Shown: positions 38,625 to 41,244 of the stretch, one piece after another | How the letters are laid out: the number at the start of each line of letters is the position of its first letter | Position numbering within the stretch: position 1 is the first letter of the stretch | NCBI GenBank assembly: GCA_011364925.1 | Contig: RDOA01000030.1 | Location: 1 to 41,244, forward strand | From: Promethearchaeota archaeon | Lineage (GTDB): Archaea > Asgardarchaeota > Lokiarchaeia > Sigyniarchaeales > SOKP01 | Reading direction: 5' to 3' | DNA: 41,244 bases | Notes under the pieces: generated by a model | Seen by the model: the letters and a program-made list of their open reading frames with translations, nothing else | Told to the model about the DNA's origin: nothing | Database searches by the model: none | Translations under genes and position numbers: made by a program

Positions 38625-39634
38625 TGATTTCCCTCTAACTTCTTTAATAATTTTTTATATCGCAATGGTTCTTCTTCGAAGATGAATAAAGTAGGACTCA
38701 CGACAACCCCACTTCCGCCAATTTCTCTCAGTGCTCTTATAGTTTTAGTCAATTTTCTTTTTTCAACAATAATATGAATCGCAAACCAAGATCCGCCTTC
38801 TGAAGAAATGATTGGAGAGATAGTGGGACCTTGAAGCCCCATTAAATTTTCTTTCGTAGCCATTTTTTCTGCAATACTTTCTGGAGTGTCTCCTCGCATA
38901 TTTATAAATACTGATATGTAATTTTTTGCTCTTAGAGTAGCTTCAAAGTATTCTAAAAATGTTCGACAGGTTTCTAATGCGTGTTGATTTTCTCTTAAGA
39001 TCTTTCGGTTTGCTATAAAGCAGGCTTGTGATTGAAGAATACAACCCCCTTGAATTCTTTTAAGCCTATTATCTTTTAGTGTTTGGCCTGTCGAGACTAA
39101 ATCGACAATAATATCTGAATATCCCAACGTAGGAGCGACTTCTAACGTACCTTCAGCCCGAAATAACTCAAAATCTAACCCGCGCTTATTGAAAAACTCT
39201 TTTGTTAATGAGGGGAATTTAGAGGCAACGCGTAAAGTTTGATTGCGTTGTTTTAACTCTTCTATTGAATTTTCAACCCAATTTTCCGGTATTGATACTT
39301 CAAGAGTACAACTTCCGAAACCTAAATCCTCGTGAACAATTAGAATTTTATTTGGTTCTTGCAGTGTAAACTCAGATAATATATCCAAACCAACTATACC
39401 ATAGGCTAAATTCCCGTTAAAAACTCCGTTGATTATATCCTTTTGCCGTTGAAATACTACTTGAATATCTGGGAATCCTTCTAACCATCCTATATATTGC
39501 TGTCGATTTCTTCTAAGTTTGAATCCACAAGAATCAAGAAAGTCTTGAGTTTCGGAAGTCATACGACCTTTTGAGGGAATTCCAATTCGTAGCATATTCG
39601 AATTAAAATTCTCCTTTACATTTTTAGTTTCCAT
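38621..39634 (-). CDS. hisG: ATP phosphoribosyltransferase, long form
   Basis: IGIPSKGRM, GTLEVAP, IVDLVSTGQTLKDNRL, C-terminal GLQGPTISP regulatory domain. Confidence 0.95.
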   Translation of the reverse strand: METKNVKENFNSNMLRIGIPSKGRMTSETQDFLDSCGFKLRRNRQQYIGWLEGFPDIQVVFQRQKDIINGVFNGNLAYGIVGLDILSEFTLQEPNKILIVHEDLGFGSCTLEVSIPENWVENSIEELKQRNQTLRVASKFPSLTKEFFNKRGLDFELFRAEGTLEVAPTLGYSDIIVDLVSTGQTLKDNRLKRIQGGCILQSQACFIANRKILRENQHALETCRTFLEYFEATLRAKNYISVFINMRGDTPESIAEKMATKENLMGLQGPTISPIISSEGGSWFAIHIIVEKRKLTKTIRALREIGGSGVVVSPTLFIFEEEPLRYKKLLKKLEGNQ

Positions 39635-40544
39635 TTTTTCTTCTCCTCCCTAATTCATTTAAAATATCTTGAAGTTTTACCCCTTCTTTAACCATTAAAA
39701 CTAAAATAAAATAGGTTAAGTCGGCGATTTCCCAAACAAGATTATCCTTATCAGTAAAATTTATTACTTCCAAGCTTTCTTCCCTGATTTTTGAAAGCAA
39801 CAATTTATTGTCTTCAGCAAGCTTCTTAGTATATGAATTTGATACTATCGAGTTCTGAATTCTATCGACAAGTATATCATAGAGAACGCTTAAGGAAAAT
39901 TCTCTATCTTGAAAACATGAATACGTTCCTCTGTGGCAAGCGTATCCACATTGCTCAACTTTGAACAAAAGAGCGTCGTTATCGCAATCAAAAAGAATCT
40001 TTTTTACTTCCTGATAATTTCCCGACTCCTCTCCCTTTATCCATAACTTATTTCTTGATCTACTGAAATATATCGCTTTCCGAGTGCTTATCGTCTGCTT
40101 CAAAGATGCTTTAGAAGAATAAGCAAGCATTAGCACTGTATTGTTTTGATCTTGCACTACAGTTGGAATTAGTCCTAATCCTTTATCAAAATCGAGAAGA
40201 TTGAGCAAGCGATCGTCTATGAAAGAATATTTCATTTTTGGATCAAAATGAATAACTTCATAAAAATTAGGCAAGGAGTGAGTAATAATTCTGTAACCAT
40301 TTTTGTTTAACAGGTTTTTCAACTCGCACTGGTCCTCATCAATATCAAATCTAAGATCTAAATTCCAAAATAGTTCATTCAATTCTTTCCTATTTAAGTC
40401 TAGCTTTTCGAAATCCTGCTTATTGATTTTAATTACTAAAGTACAAAAGACATCCCAATTCCGCTTTGTAAAGATTTCTTTAATAAACTGAGTAATTCCT
40501 CCAACCTGTTCAAGATCTTTCATTTCCACTTTTAATATTAACAT
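39624..40544 (-). CDS. hisIE: Bifunctional PR-AMP cyclohydrolase / PR-ATP pyrophosphatase with ~115-aa N-terminal extension
   Basis: GLIPTVVQD, FSRSRNKLWIKGEESG, DCDNDALL, CHRGTYSCF (HisI); SYT..L, KIREE, EIADL (HisE). Confidence 0.93.
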   Translation of the reverse strand: MLILKVEMKDLEQVGGITQFIKEIFTKRNWDVFCTLVIKINKQDFEKLDLNRKELNELFWNLDLRFDIDEDQCELKNLLNKNGYRIITHSLPNFYEVIHFDPKMKYSFIDDRLLNLLDFDKGLGLIPTVVQDQNNTVLMLAYSSKASLKQTISTRKAIYFSRSRNKLWIKGEESGNYQEVKKILFDCDNDALLFKVEQCGYACHRGTYSCFQDREFSLSVLYDILVDRIQNSIVSNSYTKKLAEDNKLLLSKIREESLEVINFTDKDNLVWEIADLTYFILVLMVKEGVKLQDILNELGRRRKNGN

Positions 40545-40633
40545 AATTCACCCCCAAAACTGAATAAGATTTCAGTTCGATTTAATTCCAATGAATTATC
40601 GAATATAAGTACTACCTTAATTCATCGGAATTA
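40542..40633 (-). promoter_or_regulatory. Candidate his translational attenuator (alternative helices, anti-SD)
   Basis: 16-bp helix 40633-40618/40598-40583 versus 10-bp helix 40599-40590/40552-40543 covering the SD and AU of the hisIE start; 7-bp hairpin 40558-40577. Confidence 0.65.
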
Positions 40634-40744
40634 TTCATGATGCTGATGATGATGAAAATGTGAAAATTGTTGAGAACAATTTAGTATTTCATCCGATCGA
40701 ATAACTATAGTGTTATTTGACCCATCAACTACAACTAAACTCAA
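40631..40744 (-). CDS. His operon leader peptide, 37 aa, MSLVVVDGSNNTIVIRSDEILNCSQQFSHFHHHQHHE
   Basis: SD GAAAGGAG (40760-40753) 8 nt before TTG; six CAT His codons within 8 codons near the stop; ends 86 nt before hisIE on the same strand. Confidence 0.78.
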   Translation of the reverse strand: MSLVVVDGSNNTIVIRSDEILNCSQQFSHFHHHQHHE

Positions 40745-41014
40745 TAGATTTACTCCTTTCTTTATTAGAAATCCCATATCAATTACCTATTGAGTTCTTA
40801 TTCTATAGATAAAAATGTATTTTATTGACTACTATATGCACCGTAAACTAAAAAAGTTAACTATGATGGAATGATTTCATATAACTGAAATTTAGTCTGG
40901 TTAGACCTTTTTTAGTTGGACTAACTATTTTAAAAAATTTATAATTCTAACGATTCTTAAGTTAGATCAGATTCTTTTATAAAAAATCCTATAGAAATAG
41001 ATGGAGTATATCCA

Positions 41015-41244
41015 ATGGTAAAAGGAAATAAGTATGGAACTCATCGAGTTATTGAACCTAAGGGAGCACTTCCTCAACCCGCACATAAAATTTCAAACGA
41101 CATGACCCTCTTTGATAATGAAATTCTAATAGATGTTAATTACTTAAACATCGATTCTGCAAGCTTTACTCAATTAATGGAAGAAGCAGACGGAGATGTA
41201 GAAAAAATCAAGACTAAAATCTTGGAAATAGTCCAAAAGCGGGG
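41015..41244 (+). CDS. kdd: L-erythro-3,5-diaminohexanoate dehydrogenase (3' truncated by window edge)
   Basis: MVKGNKYGTHRVIEPKGALPQPAHKISNDMTLFDNEILIDVNYLNIDSASFTQ matches the recalled Kdd N-terminus; GGAG SD; kat and kce are in the same window. Confidence 0.88.
   Translation, partial: MVKGNKYGTHRVIEPKGALPQPAHKISNDMTLFDNEILIDVNYLNIDSASFTQLMEEADGDVEKIKTKILEIVQKR

Noticed and set aside
40553-40577. Hairpin as a classical intrinsic terminator for transcriptional attenuation
   Set aside because: AU-rich 7-bp stem with only a very short U run, so support is weak. Kept only as part of the translational model.
40637-40663. Plus-strand Met-rich mini ORF (ATG ATG CTG ATG ATG ATG AAA ATG TGA)
   Set aside because: It is the antisense of the CAT His-codon run, with no SD and no related downstream gene.

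Overview
AT-rich archaeal window, most consistent with an Asgard archaeon (Lokiarchaeia-like). This is inferred from GAGGTGA-type Shine-Dalgarno (SD) sites, oligo-T gene ends, an SBBP-repeat surface protein, and selenoprotein genes with a eukaryote-style 3'-UTR SECIS. It holds mostly metabolic genes: acyl-CoA ligase, Fe-ADH plus tungsten AOR, SDRs, an ODC-type decarboxylase, peptide ABC permeases, the alternative lysine-fermentation genes kat, kce and kdd, and a his operon (hisIE-G-D-C-B-H-A/F fusion). The ORF track misses several signals. (1) A 37-aa His-rich leader peptide (..SHFHHHQHHE*) with its own SD lies just upstream of the his operon. It is followed by mutually exclusive RNA helices, one of which would hide the hisIE SD and AUG, making it a candidate ribosome-dependent translational attenuator in an archaeon. 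(2) Two peroxiredoxin-like genes are split by an in-frame UGA in a UxxC motif (selenoproteins). One has a canonical-looking SECIS and the other a possible circularly permuted SECIS/K-loop. (3) An 18-bp palindrome recurs near two membrane-tethered wHTH regulator loci. (4) Two tandem 22-aa micro-ORFs and a possible ubiquitin-like protein ending in GC are present. No rRNA, tRNA, CRISPR array or IS element was recognised.
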